Shown here piece by piece: positions 39,273 through 48,686 of a stretch of DNA of 64,000 nucleotides. Source of the DNA: Spirochaetia bacterium (lineage in GTDB: Bacteria > Spirochaetota > Spirochaetia > SZUA-6 > Bin103). The stretch's first letter is position 1; every line of letters starts with the position of its first letter. The notes under the pieces are model-generated. The model had not been told where the DNA came from and did not search any database. It saw only the letters and a list, made by a program, of their open reading frames with translations. Both the position numbers and the translations under genes were made by a program. The stretch spans positions 1,856,001-1,920,000 of the forward strand of contig OZ241863.1 in assembly GCA_965203055.1 (NCBI GenBank), given 5' to 3'.

Positions 39273-39651
39273 AGCCGCGCTTCGCCGCTGGGCCCGGTAC
39301 GTCGGCGAGAGCCGACCGGAGGTGCAAAGGATCATCTGGTTCGGCTCGCGCGTGAACGGCACTCCTGCGCCAGGCAGCGACGTCGACGTGTGCGTGGTGC
39401 TGGCCGAATCGAGCCGGCCCGTTCGCGACCGCGCCGGCGACTACCTGCCGTTCGGCTTCCCGGTCGGAATCGACCTGTTCCCCTACACCGCGGCGGAACT
39501 TGAGCGGCTCAAGAACGAACATCCGTCATGGTACGCCGCAATCGACTCCGGAATCGATCTCCCGATACGCACACGCGGCGTTACGCCGGAACGCCGAGCA
39601 GCTCCCGGAGCTGAGCGCCGGTGTCGTTCCAGTATTGCCCGAGGATGCTGA
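39202..39651 (+). CDS. Minimal nucleotidyltransferase (MNT), HEPN partner
   Basis: 'FGSRVNGTPAPGSDVDV' (GS-x10-DxD); overlaps the HEPN 3' end. Confidence 0.85.
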   Translation: MPFSAPSGSSASLVVKSNNQRSVEAALRRWARYVGESRPEVQRIIWFGSRVNGTPAPGSDVDVCVVLAESSRPVRDRAGDYLPFGFPVGIDLFPYTAAELERLKNEHPSWYAAIDSGIDLPIRTRGVTPERRAAPGAERRCRSSIARGC

Positions 39652-40372
39652 CGTCGGCGCCGATGGAGAAGTGGCGCACCCCCATGTCGAGGTACTCCTG
39701 CGCCTGCTCGGGGCTGGCGATCTCGGCGCGCGGGGCCACGCCGCGCTCCAGCGCCATGGTGAACACGCGGTCGCGCGCAGCCACCACCTGCGGATGGTTC
39801 CGCTCGCCGATATGACCGGTGTTCATGGAGTAGTCGGTACCGCCCCACTGCACCATGTCGAGGCCGGGAATCGACAGTATCTCCTCCAGTTCGTCGACCG
39901 CGCCCTTCTTCTCGATCATCACGGCGACGACGGTATCGCGGATCGCCTGGACGTAAGCCGGACTGCCGCCCGATCCCATCGGCGTGTTGCGGCGCGCCGC
40001 GGCGCCGTACAGGCCATTGTCCTGCGGGGTGTCGGGGCGGGCGATGCGGACGCACTCGCGCACGTCGGCGGCCGAGCGGCAATCGGTGAACAGCACCGCC
40101 TGAAACCCGGCGCCGATGCCGCGCTGGGCGAGAAACGCCTGATGGCTCTGGTCGATCTTGATCATCGAACCGAGCCCGTACAGCTCCGCCGCGCGGCACA
40201 CGTTGTCCAGGTCGTGCAGATGAAACGAGCCGTACTCGGCCACGAACTCGACGTAGTCGAACTGGCGGGTCTGGCCGAGCACCTCCACGCTCATGGGATC
40301 GGGGTTGAAGATGCGCGTGCACACCGTGATTTCATTGGCCGCCAGCTTCCGGCGCAGGGAATTGGGTCTCAT
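39581..40372 (-). CDS. HpcH/HpaI aldolase family protein
   Basis: 'FVAEY', 'VMIEK', 'QWGGTDYS'. Confidence 0.85.
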   Translation of the reverse strand: MRPNSLRRKLAANEITVCTRIFNPDPMSVEVLGQTRQFDYVEFVAEYGSFHLHDLDNVCRAAELYGLGSMIKIDQSHQAFLAQRGIGAGFQAVLFTDCRSAADVRECVRIARPDTPQDNGLYGAAARRNTPMGSGGSPAYVQAIRDTVVAVMIEKKGAVDELEEILSIPGLDMVQWGGTDYSMNTGHIGERNHPQVVAARDRVFTMALERGVAPRAEIASPEQAQEYLDMGVRHFSIGADVSILGQYWNDTGAQLRELLGVPA

Positions 40373-40490
40373 CAGGTAGTCTCCTTGATCGTGGGTCGGG
40401 GCAGCGCAGTGTAGCACAACTGGGCGGGCGGTCATCGCTCCGGCCGACCGCCGGGCCTCGCCGGCCGCGCCCGCCCCTGCCCCGCCGCGG

Positions 40491-40973
40491 CTAACGGTGG
40501 CGCAGCTCCATTCCGTTGCTGCGGCGGCGGAAGCCGAGCCGCTCGTAGAAGGGCATGACGCCATCGCCGCAGTCGAGAATGGTCTTGTAGCAGCCGGCGG
40601 CCGCGGCGCGCGCCAGCAGGTAGCGGATGAGGGCGCGGCCGATCCCCCGGCCCTGCTGCGCCGCGGCCACGGCCACGTCTTCGACGTGGCCCGCCGTCCC
40701 GCCCTGATTGATGAACTTGTGCTCGATCAGCAGCGTGGCGGCGCCGGCGATGCGCCCCTCCACCTCCGCCACCGCCACCACGCAGTCGGGATTCCGCTGC
40801 AGGCGCCGGAAGATCTCCCGCGCTCGGTGCGGCGCCAGCTCGCTGGCCGGGCGCAGCGCATCCAGCGCCTCAAGAAACCCGTTGCTCAGATCGGCCTCCC
40901 GCAGCGGGCGTATCGTCACCGGCGGCGGCACCGCCGCCGGCGACGCTTGGCGGGCGCTTGTCTCCCCCATCAC
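40491..40973 (-). CDS. GNAT acetyltransferase, glucosamine-6-phosphate N-acetyltransferase (GNA1)-like
   Basis: 'TLLIEHKFI', 'GHVEDVAV', 'QGRGIG', 'GCYKTILDC', 'FYERLGF'. Confidence 0.85.
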   Translation of the reverse strand: MMGETSARQASPAAVPPPVTIRPLREADLSNGFLEALDALRPASELAPHRAREIFRRLQRNPDCVVAVAEVEGRIAGAATLLIEHKFINQGGTAGHVEDVAVAAAQQGRGIGRALIRYLLARAAAAGCYKTILDCGDGVMPFYERLGFRRRSNGMELRHR

Positions 40974-41125
40974 TCCCCGCCATAATGCCCGGCGCGGAGA
41001 AGCAATGCCACCGCGGCGGCCAAGCGGCCTACTCCGGCTTTGCGCCGGCAGGGCCGCGGCCGCCCGGGCCGGCGCACGTCACCCGGACCTGACCGCCCCA
41101 ACCCCTGCAAACACGGAGAAGCATC

Positions 41126-41932
41126 ATGATTTCCCTCGCTGTCAACTCGGTATTGTTCGATGCCTTCGACTTCGCCACCGCCGCCCGCCATATCGCCGCG
41201 GCCGGCTACGACGGCATCGAGATTGCCGCTCTGCCCGGCATGTGCGAGCACCTGGAGGTGGACCGCTGGCGGGAGCAGGCCGCGGACCTGCGCGCCATCC
41301 TTGCGGAGACCGGGCTCGAACCGGTGGCGATGGAATTCTCCGACCGCGGCGGCGAGCGTCATCTGCGCGCCTTCGAGGCTTGCGCGGAACTGGGGATTCC
41401 GGTGGTGGCGGTGGGCTCCGGCGGCGCCAGCGGCGACGCCGCCGATCTGCGCGCCCGCCTCGCGCGGCTGGCGGAGCTGGCCGAAGCGGCCGCCCCGTTC
41501 GGCGTAACCGTGTGCTGCAAGGCGCACGTCGGCAGCGCGGTGTTCGACACCGCCACCACCCTGGCCGCGATGGAGGAGATTCCGGCGCCGGGGTTCGGCG
41601 TCAACATGGACCCCAGCCACGTTCACCGCGCCGGCGAGGTGCCCAAGGAGGCCTTGCGTCACGTGGTGGCGCGCGTGCGGCACAGCCACATCCGGGACTG
41701 CAAGGGACGCCAGCAGGGACCGGGAGCGCCGCCGCTGCAGGCCTGCGGGCGCGGCGACATCGACCTGTTCGGCTACTGCAAGGTGCTGGTCGACGCCGGC
41801 TACCGCGGCGCCGCCAGCCTGGAGGTGATCGGCGCGGCCAAGGCCGGGCTGAGCCTGGCGGAGGCGGCGATCATCGCCGCCGAGAGCTACGGCTACCTCA
41901 ACGCCTGCCTCAAGCAGCTCGGCGCGCGCTGA
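41126..41932 (+). CDS. Sugar phosphate isomerase/epimerase (TIM barrel)
   Basis: 'AGYDGIE', 'NMDPSH', 'HSHIRD', 'GRGDID'. Confidence 0.85.
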   Translation: MISLAVNSVLFDAFDFATAARHIAAAGYDGIEIAALPGMCEHLEVDRWREQAADLRAILAETGLEPVAMEFSDRGGERHLRAFEACAELGIPVVAVGSGGASGDAADLRARLARLAELAEAAAPFGVTVCCKAHVGSAVFDTATTLAAMEEIPAPGFGVNMDPSHVHRAGEVPKEALRHVVARVRHSHIRDCKGRQQGPGAPPLQACGRGDIDLFGYCKVLVDAGYRGAASLEVIGAAKAGLSLAEAAIIAAESYGYLNACLKQLGAR

Positions 41933-41975
41933 CGGCGGCCGGGGATTTGGCGAGCGCCGCGGCGCTGGCTCCCAC

Positions 41976-43280
41976 ATGACCAATCTGCGCCACGCGCTGC
42001 TTCAGTTCAACGCCGACGTATACCGCTACCTGGTCGCCGGCGGCCTGATGGGGTTCAGCTACTTCGGCTTCGTGGCGGTATTGCTGAACCTGTATCTGCT
42101 GCGTCTGGGGTACGGAACCGACTTCATCGGCTTGGTGAACGGCAGCACGGCGCTGGCCTTCGCGCTGTCGTCGCTGCCGGCCGGGGCGCTCGGCAGCCGC
42201 TTCGGCCGGCGCCGCGCGACGGTGACCGGGATGGGCTGCCTGGCCGCGGGCGTGACGCTGGTGCCGATCGCCGCGCTGCTCCCCGCAGGCCAGGTCCGCG
42301 ACTTCAGCATCATCGCCATGCGCCTGCTGTCCGGGATCGGCTTCTCCTTCTACTTGGTCAACGCCTACCCCTACTTGGTGGCGGCCACCAGCGCCCGCGA
42401 CCGGCCCTACGCGTTCGCGGTGTTGGCGGCGCTGCCTCCGGTCACCGGCTTCGCCGGCAGCCTGGTGGCCGGCGCGCTGCCGGCCTGGGTAGCCGCATGG
42501 TTCAACCTGACGACTGCGGATCCCGTGCCGTTCGCCGCGGCGCTGGTGCTGGCCGGCTTGATGCTACTGCCCGCGCCGCTGATCGTGGCGCGCACCCAGG
42601 ACCGGGAGCCGAGCAGCCGGCGCCGGCCCCGGAGCGAACGGCGGCGCGCCGCCGCCGGCGCGCCGCGCACCGACGCCGCCCTCTATCTGTTGATCTTCTT
42701 CCTGGGCGTCACCGCCCTGCTGAGGGTGGCCGGCGAAGGCGCGGCGCGGTCGTTCTTCAACGTCTATCTGGAGCTGGACCTCGGCGCCTCGACCTCGCGC
42801 ATCGGTCTGTTGCTGGCGTTCGGGCAACTGGTGGCCGGCCCCGCGGCGCTGTGCGCCCCGGCGCTGGCGGCGCGCGCCGGCAAGGTGCCGGTGATCGTCA
42901 TCACCACGGCGTTGACCGCGGGCAGTCTGGTGATCATGGCGCTGGTGCCGCACTGGGCCGCGGCCGGCATCGGCTTCACGCTGGTCGTCGGCATGCGTTC
43001 GATCACCCAGTCGGTTTCCAGCGTGGTGCACATGGAAATCGTGCCGGCAAGCTGGCGCGGCCTCACCTCGGGCGTGGTATCGATGGCCATGGGGCTCGGG
43101 TTCACCTCCATGTCGCTCGGCGGCGGCTACCTGATTCCGGTTATGGGATTTCCCGGCCTCTACGTACTGGCGGCCGTCATCACCGCGGCCAGCGCGGTCA
43201 TCTTCTGGCGCTACTTTCGCATACCGCGCGGCGAATACCGCGGCGGCGACTCGGAGGTCGCCACGTTACAGCGGTCCTGA
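41976..43280 (+). CDS. MFS transporter
   Basis: About 12 hydrophobic segments; motif A-like 'GALGSRFGRR'. Confidence 0.88.
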   Translation: MTNLRHALLQFNADVYRYLVAGGLMGFSYFGFVAVLLNLYLLRLGYGTDFIGLVNGSTALAFALSSLPAGALGSRFGRRRATVTGMGCLAAGVTLVPIAALLPAGQVRDFSIIAMRLLSGIGFSFYLVNAYPYLVAATSARDRPYAFAVLAALPPVTGFAGSLVAGALPAWVAAWFNLTTADPVPFAAALVLAGLMLLPAPLIVARTQDREPSSRRRPRSERRRAAAGAPRTDAALYLLIFFLGVTALLRVAGEGAARSFFNVYLELDLGASTSRIGLLLAFGQLVAGPAALCAPALAARAGKVPVIVITTALTAGSLVIMALVPHWAAAGIGFTLVVGMRSITQSVSSVVHMEIVPASWRGLTSGVVSMAMGLGFTSMSLGGGYLIPVMGFPGLYVLAAVITAASAVIFWRYFRIPRGEYRGGDSEVATLQRS

Positions 43281-43375
43281 CATATGACCGTCTCACCCAA
43301 CCAACCCGTACCGGTGGACGTTGACCGGCAAGTTATGACAGCATCTATCCACTCCAACGTTAAGGCGGCATCGAT

Positions 43376-43711
43376 ATGGACGTGTGGGAAGAAACGGAAC
43401 GAAGTCTGGTCGAGTTGAACCAGGAGCTGTCCCGCAGGGGTGACCCTGCCCGTGTCCGCTACTTTGTGATCCAGCCTGATCCGGATTGGGACGCCGATTG
43501 GGTGAAAGCGGTCTGGGAACTGCCGCCGCCGGGTCGCGGACGCAAATGGCAGATGGACAAGCTCAAGGGCTACCGGCGGATGCTGGAGGATCGGTTGGGG
43601 AGAACCATCACGACGTCGAGTTTGTTCCGTACCGCAAAGAACGTTGCCGAAGCATACCGAAACGCGCGGCCCGTTCCTGAGGCTGCCGACACGACCTCCG
43701 AGAGCCGGTGA
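43376..43711 (+). CDS. Hypothetical protein, putative partner of the downstream HEPN-like protein
   Basis: GTGA overlap with the next gene; 'PDPDWDADWVKAVWEL'; lower-GC islet. Confidence 0.6.
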   Translation: MDVWEETERSLVELNQELSRRGDPARVRYFVIQPDPDWDADWVKAVWELPPPGRGRKWQMDKLKGYRRMLEDRLGRTITTSSLFRTAKNVAEAYRNARPVPEAADTTSESR

Positions 43712-44181
43712 CACCGAAAGGTCTGCTCGAAGCAGCCGCGGCATTGATTCCCCCAGGACGGGGCCGGCCATCGAGGGACCGCATTCGCCGCTTGATCTCC
43801 AGCTCCTACTACGCGCTGTTCACCGCCTTGACAGCCGAGTTCGCCCGGCCCTACCGGCAGAACGTGCAAGCCGCCGCTCGCAGATTGGTCGAGCATGGCA
43901 AGGCCCGCTCAGTTTGCGACAGTCTCAAAGACGATAGCAGTTGCGACGCCAGCTTGCGAAAGTTTGCGGAGCAATTCGTGGACCTTTACATTGATCGTCA
44001 AAATGCCGACTACGACCATACCTACGACCCGGACAAGAGCGATGCCGAAGATGCGATCGCTAGCGCGCGATCCGGCATCGAATGCTTGTCGCAGGCTCGA
44101 ACCACGAGTCCTGATCAGGTGCAGATGATGTGTGTCAAGATCCTTGCCAGCAATACCCAACGAAAACACATGCGCGGCTGA
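43708..44181 (+). CDS. HEPN-like protein
   Basis: 'RRLISSSYYALF' and 'RQNADYD' motifs of the UPF0332-like HEPN group. Confidence 0.75.
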   Translation: MTPKGLLEAAAALIPPGRGRPSRDRIRRLISSSYYALFTALTAEFARPYRQNVQAAARRLVEHGKARSVCDSLKDDSSCDASLRKFAEQFVDLYIDRQNADYDHTYDPDKSDAEDAIASARSGIECLSQARTTSPDQVQMMCVKILASNTQRKHMRG

Positions 44182-44280
44182 GTTAGTTAGTATGGGCGGC
44201 CGCCATACCGCCTGTTGAGGCTTCGCGGCCTGGAAAGAGGGGCGGCCGCCGGGAGGGCGGCCGCCTTCTTGGTTCGCTGC

Positions 44281-46260
44281 CTACTTGTAGAAGAACTGGG
44301 CGGCGAAGTAGTTGAGGTTCAAGGTTTCCTCGAACCAGGGGTGAGGGACGTCGGGGACGTTGCCGACGTTCGGGCGCGAAATGAACACCATCGGCGACAT
44401 GCCGACGGTGCCGATGGCGAACATGTTGTCGGCCATCCACTGGTGGAACCGGGTGCTGGCGTCGTAGTACTCCTCGCTGTTGTAGACGAGGTTGACGCGG
44501 TTGCGGCCCAGGGCGAGCATCTGCTTGACCTCGTCCGGCGGCTCTTCGCCGGGCAGCACGCCGCCCTCGAAGTCATCCAGCGTCCGAATGCCTTCCTGGA
44601 TCTGTTCGTTCGCCGCGTACCAGCGCCACCAGGCCGGCGCATGCCAACTGAATCCCGCGGTGTCGCGCGACATGAAGGTGTACATCTCGATGCCGTGCAC
44701 CGGGTGGCTGAGCACGTCGGTGTCGAGCTGCTGCCGGCGCTCGCCCCAGATGTTGCCGCCCACTTCCTTGACCTGCACCTGGAAGCCCAGGTCTTCCCAG
44801 AACTCCTTGACCAGCTCGTGGGCCAGGGCAATGCCCTGATGGATGATGGAGGAGTATTCGATCGTGAGCAGTATCTTCCGGCCCTGCGCGTCGCGGCGGA
44901 TGCCGTCGGCGCCGCGCGTCAGCCCCAGCTCGTCCAGCATGCGGTTCGCCTCGTCGGGAGCGTAGCGCGCGTAGGGATGATCCTCCGCCCACTCCGACTG
45001 ATAATAGCTGGTGCCGGGCAGCACCGAGGCGTTGCGCGGCGTGGCGAAGCCGGAAAAGGCGACGCGGTTCACCTCGTCGCGGTCGAGGCCGAGCGACATC
45101 GCCTGCCGGAACTTGAGATTGTTGTACAGCTCGCGGCGCACCGGGTCTTCGTGGTTGACGTTGAAGCCGTAGGCCGCCTCGTTGCCCTCCACCCCCGGAA
45201 TCAGCTTGACCACGTAGTTGCCGGCCGCCTCGTTCTGCTTGTACAGGGTGTAGTTGTCCAACGTCGCCGAGAGGAAGGCGATGTCCGCGTCGCCGGCGAT
45301 GATCTTCAGGTCGTAGGTCTCCTTGTTCACCAGTTCCGACACGATCTTGTCCACGTAGGGAAGCTGGTTGCCGGCCTGATCCACCTGATGGAAGTAGGGA
45401 TTGCGCACGAACGCGCGGATGGTGGTGGTCTGATCGGTGAACATCCACGGATCCACCCGCGGGCGCTGGATGTCATTGGTGGGGCGGAAGCTGGCGTGGT
45501 GGTTGAACGCTTCGGCCCAGGTCTGGAACCCTTCCTCCTTGGCCAGCGCGTTGGCATTCTCGTTGTAGGTAATGTGCCACTGCTCCAGGTAGTGCTTGGG
45601 GCTGTAGAGCATCCAGTCGGACGAGCGCCAGTGCACCATGTCGAGCAGAAACGTCGGGAACGGGCGGTTGAAGTCGTAGCGCACCGTGTAGTCGTCCACC
45701 GCCACCACGTCGTCGATCTGCGAGCGGATCGCCCAGGTATCGACCTCATCCAGCTTGTACATGTCGTAGAACTTGAACAGGAAGTCGTGGGCGGTGAACG
45801 GCGCGCCGTCCGACCACTTCAGCCCTTCCCGGAGGAACAGGGTGAAGCTCATGTTGTCGGGCGCCAGCAGATAGCCCTTGGCCAAGTCGGGGCCGATCTT
45901 GCCGTCGACGTGCATGCGCAGCAGCGTGGGTCCCCTGCTCGGCTCCTCGGTAAGGTCGTTCCACGGCGAGTTGTTGGTCGCGTAGACGAAGAACGTGCCG
46001 CCGTAGTTGCCCACCTCCGGCACTTCCAGCACCATCGGTTCCACCGGCAGCCGTTCATCGACCGGCGGCAGCTCGCCGCCGGCCACCATGGCCGCCAGCA
46101 TCGGCGCTTCGTTGTAGGCGCCGCTCGCCACCGCGGCGGAAGCGGCCATCTCGCCGGCCTCCCCCCCTTCTTCCTGGCCGCCGGCCCAGGCCGTGCCGGC
46201 CGCCAGCAGCAGCGCCGCGCCGAGCAGCGCCGCGAGCGCGATTCGGGTGTTTCCGATCAC
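44281..46260 (-). CDS. ABC transporter substrate-binding protein, family 5
   Basis: Signal peptide, 'EAPML...LPPVDERLP', 'LREGLKWSDG', 'RNPYF', 'GNQLPY'; GTG start with AGGAGAGG RBS. Confidence 0.92.
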   Translation of the reverse strand: MIGNTRIALAALLGAALLLAAGTAWAGGQEEGGEAGEMAASAAVASGAYNEAPMLAAMVAGGELPPVDERLPVEPMVLEVPEVGNYGGTFFVYATNNSPWNDLTEEPSRGPTLLRMHVDGKIGPDLAKGYLLAPDNMSFTLFLREGLKWSDGAPFTAHDFLFKFYDMYKLDEVDTWAIRSQIDDVVAVDDYTVRYDFNRPFPTFLLDMVHWRSSDWMLYSPKHYLEQWHITYNENANALAKEEGFQTWAEAFNHHASFRPTNDIQRPRVDPWMFTDQTTTIRAFVRNPYFHQVDQAGNQLPYVDKIVSELVNKETYDLKIIAGDADIAFLSATLDNYTLYKQNEAAGNYVVKLIPGVEGNEAAYGFNVNHEDPVRRELYNNLKFRQAMSLGLDRDEVNRVAFSGFATPRNASVLPGTSYYQSEWAEDHPYARYAPDEANRMLDELGLTRGADGIRRDAQGRKILLTIEYSSIIHQGIALAHELVKEFWEDLGFQVQVKEVGGNIWGERRQQLDTDVLSHPVHGIEMYTFMSRDTAGFSWHAPAWWRWYAANEQIQEGIRTLDDFEGGVLPGEEPPDEVKQMLALGRNRVNLVYNSEEYYDASTRFHQWMADNMFAIGTVGMSPMVFISRPNVGNVPDVPHPWFEETLNLNYFAAQFFYK

Positions 46261-46371
46261 TTCTCCTCTCCTTTGGGCGCTATGCGGTCTCCCAACCGTT
46301 CCGCCCATTGCCATGCAGCTATCTCCGGGCAGCCCGCCCGGAGCCGTCGGTACGAGCGTAGTCTCAATCGC

Positions 46372-47520
46372 TCAGCCGTGTCGAGTGGCGTAGGGGTCGG
46401 CCGCGTCGCGCAACCCGTCGCCCACGAAGTTGAAGCACAGCACCGTGACCACCACCGGCAGCGCCGGGATCAGCAGCCACGGGTACAGCACCACGGTGCG
46501 CACGTTCTGCGCCTGCTGCAGCATCACGCCCCAGCTTATCACCGGCGGCCGCAGGCCGAGGCCGAGGAAGCTGAGCGCGGTTTCGCCCAGGATCATGCCC
46601 GGCACCGCCAGGGTGATGTTGACGATCAGATAGCTCATGAAGCCGGGCAGCAGGTGGCGCCGGATGATGGTGAACTCCCTGGCGCCGGCGACCGACGCCG
46701 CCATCACGTGATCTTCCACCCGCAGTTGCAGGAGCTTGCCGCGCACCACCCGCGCCAGATCGGTCCAGCCGATGATGGAGAGGATGATGGTGATCATGAA
46801 GTAGGTGCGCAGCACCGGCCACTCGGTGGGCACGGCCGCGGCCAGCGCCATCCACAGCGGGATCGTCGGCAGCGCCTGCAGGAACTCGATGATGCGCTGC
46901 ACGCCCATGTCCGCGGCCCCGCCGAAGTACCCGGAGATGCCGCCGAGCAGGCACCCCAGCACGAAGCTGATGGCGACGCCGACCAGGCCGATGGAGAGCG
47001 ACACGCGGGCTCCCTGCAGGACGCGCGAGTACATGTCGCGGCCGAGCGGGTCGGTGCCCAGAGGAAAGAAGGCGCCGGGCGGCTCCACCCCCATGAAGTG
47101 CAGCCGGCTCGGGATCAGGCCGATGAAGCGGTACTCGTGGCCCTGCACCAGGAACCTGATCGGATAGATGCGGCTGCGGTCGGTCACGTAGCTCTTGGCC
47201 AGGGTCTCCGGATCCTGCTCCTGGCGCAGGCCGTACACGAACGGGCGCTGCAGGCGGCCCTCGTGAAACACGCGTACCTGGGTCGGCGGCGCGTATTCGT
47301 AGTCGGTATTGCGCGCGAAGGTGTCGGCCGCCGAGAAGAAGCCGGCGAACGCGCCCAGCGCGTAGATGACGGCCAGCACCGCCAGGCCGACCACCGCCAT
47401 CTTGTGCTTGAGGAAGCGGCGCCGCATCAGCGTCCAGCTCGACGCCAGGTAGTAGCGCTCGTCCTCGGTCTCGCGGCGGACCGCCGCGGCCTCCGCCGGG
47501 GTGTGCTCGACAGTGCTCAC
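46372..47520 (-). CDS. Peptide/nickel-type ABC permease (DppC/OppC-like)
   Basis: 'LGTDPLGRD', 'ETALSFLGLG', 'GDGLRDAADP'. Confidence 0.92.
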   Translation of the reverse strand: MSTVEHTPAEAAAVRRETEDERYYLASSWTLMRRRFLKHKMAVVGLAVLAVIYALGAFAGFFSAADTFARNTDYEYAPPTQVRVFHEGRLQRPFVYGLRQEQDPETLAKSYVTDRSRIYPIRFLVQGHEYRFIGLIPSRLHFMGVEPPGAFFPLGTDPLGRDMYSRVLQGARVSLSIGLVGVAISFVLGCLLGGISGYFGGAADMGVQRIIEFLQALPTIPLWMALAAAVPTEWPVLRTYFMITIILSIIGWTDLARVVRGKLLQLRVEDHVMAASVAGAREFTIIRRHLLPGFMSYLIVNITLAVPGMILGETALSFLGLGLRPPVISWGVMLQQAQNVRTVVLYPWLLIPALPVVVTVLCFNFVGDGLRDAADPYATRHG

Positions 47521-47531
47521 GGTCGCTCCCT

Positions 47532-48530
47532 CTAGGCCCGCGCCGCGGCGCTGAAGCGGATGCGCGGATCGACCGCCGCCAGCAGCAGATCCGAGATCAG
47601 GATGCCGACCATGCCCAGGCCGCCGAGCAGCATCACGATGCTCCCGGCCAGAAACATGTCCTGGTCGGTGAGGGCGAGCAGCAGCAGCGGGCCGATCGTT
47701 TGCAGGTTCATCACCACCGAGACGATGATCTCCCCGGAGACGAGAAACGGCAGCAGCCCGCCGATGTTGCTGATGATCGGGTTGACGGCGATGCGCACCG
47801 GATACTTGAACAGGATGCCGCGTTCGTGCAGCCCCTTGGCGCGGGCGGTAATCACGTACTGCTTGCCCAGCTCGTCCAGCAGCGAGCTGCGCAGCACGCG
47901 GATCAGGAAGGCGGTGCCCGCGGTGCTGAGGACCAGCAGCGGAACCGGGAGGTGCTTGAGCAGGTCCACCACCTTGGCGAGGCTCCACGGCTCCAGCACG
48001 AACTCGCGCGAGAACAGCCCGCCGGGACTCCAGCCGAGGTACTTCAACGCCAGGAACATGAGCAGCAGCGCCAGCAGGAAGTTGGGCGTGGCCAGACCGA
48101 TGAACCCGTACACCGTGAACGCGTAGTCGCCGAACGAGTATTGATGGGTGGCCGAGTAGATGGCGATCGGCACCGCCATGAGGTACGCCAGGAGCAGGCT
48201 GCCCAGAGCGAGGGTAGAGGTGAGCATCAGCCGCTCCCCGATCAGCTTGGTCACCTCCTCGTTCCACTGGAAGGAGCGCCCCATGTCGCCCTGCAGCAGA
48301 TTCCACAGCCAGGTGAAGTACTGGCCCATCAGCGGCCGGTCCAGCCCGTAGCGCTTCTCCAGCGCGATGATCGTTTCGGCGTCGAGGATCATGCCGCGCA
48401 GGCGCATGTTCTCGATCAGCGTGCCGAGAAAGTCGCCCGGCGGAAGCTGGATGATCACGAACGACACGAACGACAGCACCAACAGCGAAATGAACATGTA
48501 GAGGATGCGGCGTGCGATATACTTGGCCAT
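47532..48530 (-). CDS. Peptide/nickel-type ABC permease (DppB/OppB-like)
   Basis: 'LPPGD', 'YVITARAKGL', 'DPRIR'. Confidence 0.92.
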   Translation of the reverse strand: MAKYIARRILYMFISLLVLSFVSFVIIQLPPGDFLGTLIENMRLRGMILDAETIIALEKRYGLDRPLMGQYFTWLWNLLQGDMGRSFQWNEEVTKLIGERLMLTSTLALGSLLLAYLMAVPIAIYSATHQYSFGDYAFTVYGFIGLATPNFLLALLLMFLALKYLGWSPGGLFSREFVLEPWSLAKVVDLLKHLPVPLLVLSTAGTAFLIRVLRSSLLDELGKQYVITARAKGLHERGILFKYPVRIAVNPIISNIGGLLPFLVSGEIIVSVVMNLQTIGPLLLLALTDQDMFLAGSIVMLLGGLGMVGILISDLLLAAVDPRIRFSAAARA

Positions 48531-48686
48531 CGCGTCTCCTTGTACCGCGCCGGCGGTCTCGATCTCGTTGGGGCCGCAGTGTACTTGGCGGCCGCCGGTG
48601 TTGCCAGCGCAGCGGCGCCGGAGGCCCGCGCCGCGCTTTCGGGCCGCGCTATCGCGCCGCGCCGCGGTGCGCTATGGTGCGCTGCC

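Noticed and set aside
44215..47535. 1106-aa + strand ORF, and similar long antisense ORFs (12645-14207, 19345-20796, 24790-26958, 49663-51744)
   Set aside because: Shadow ORFs opposite well-supported genes in high-GC DNA.
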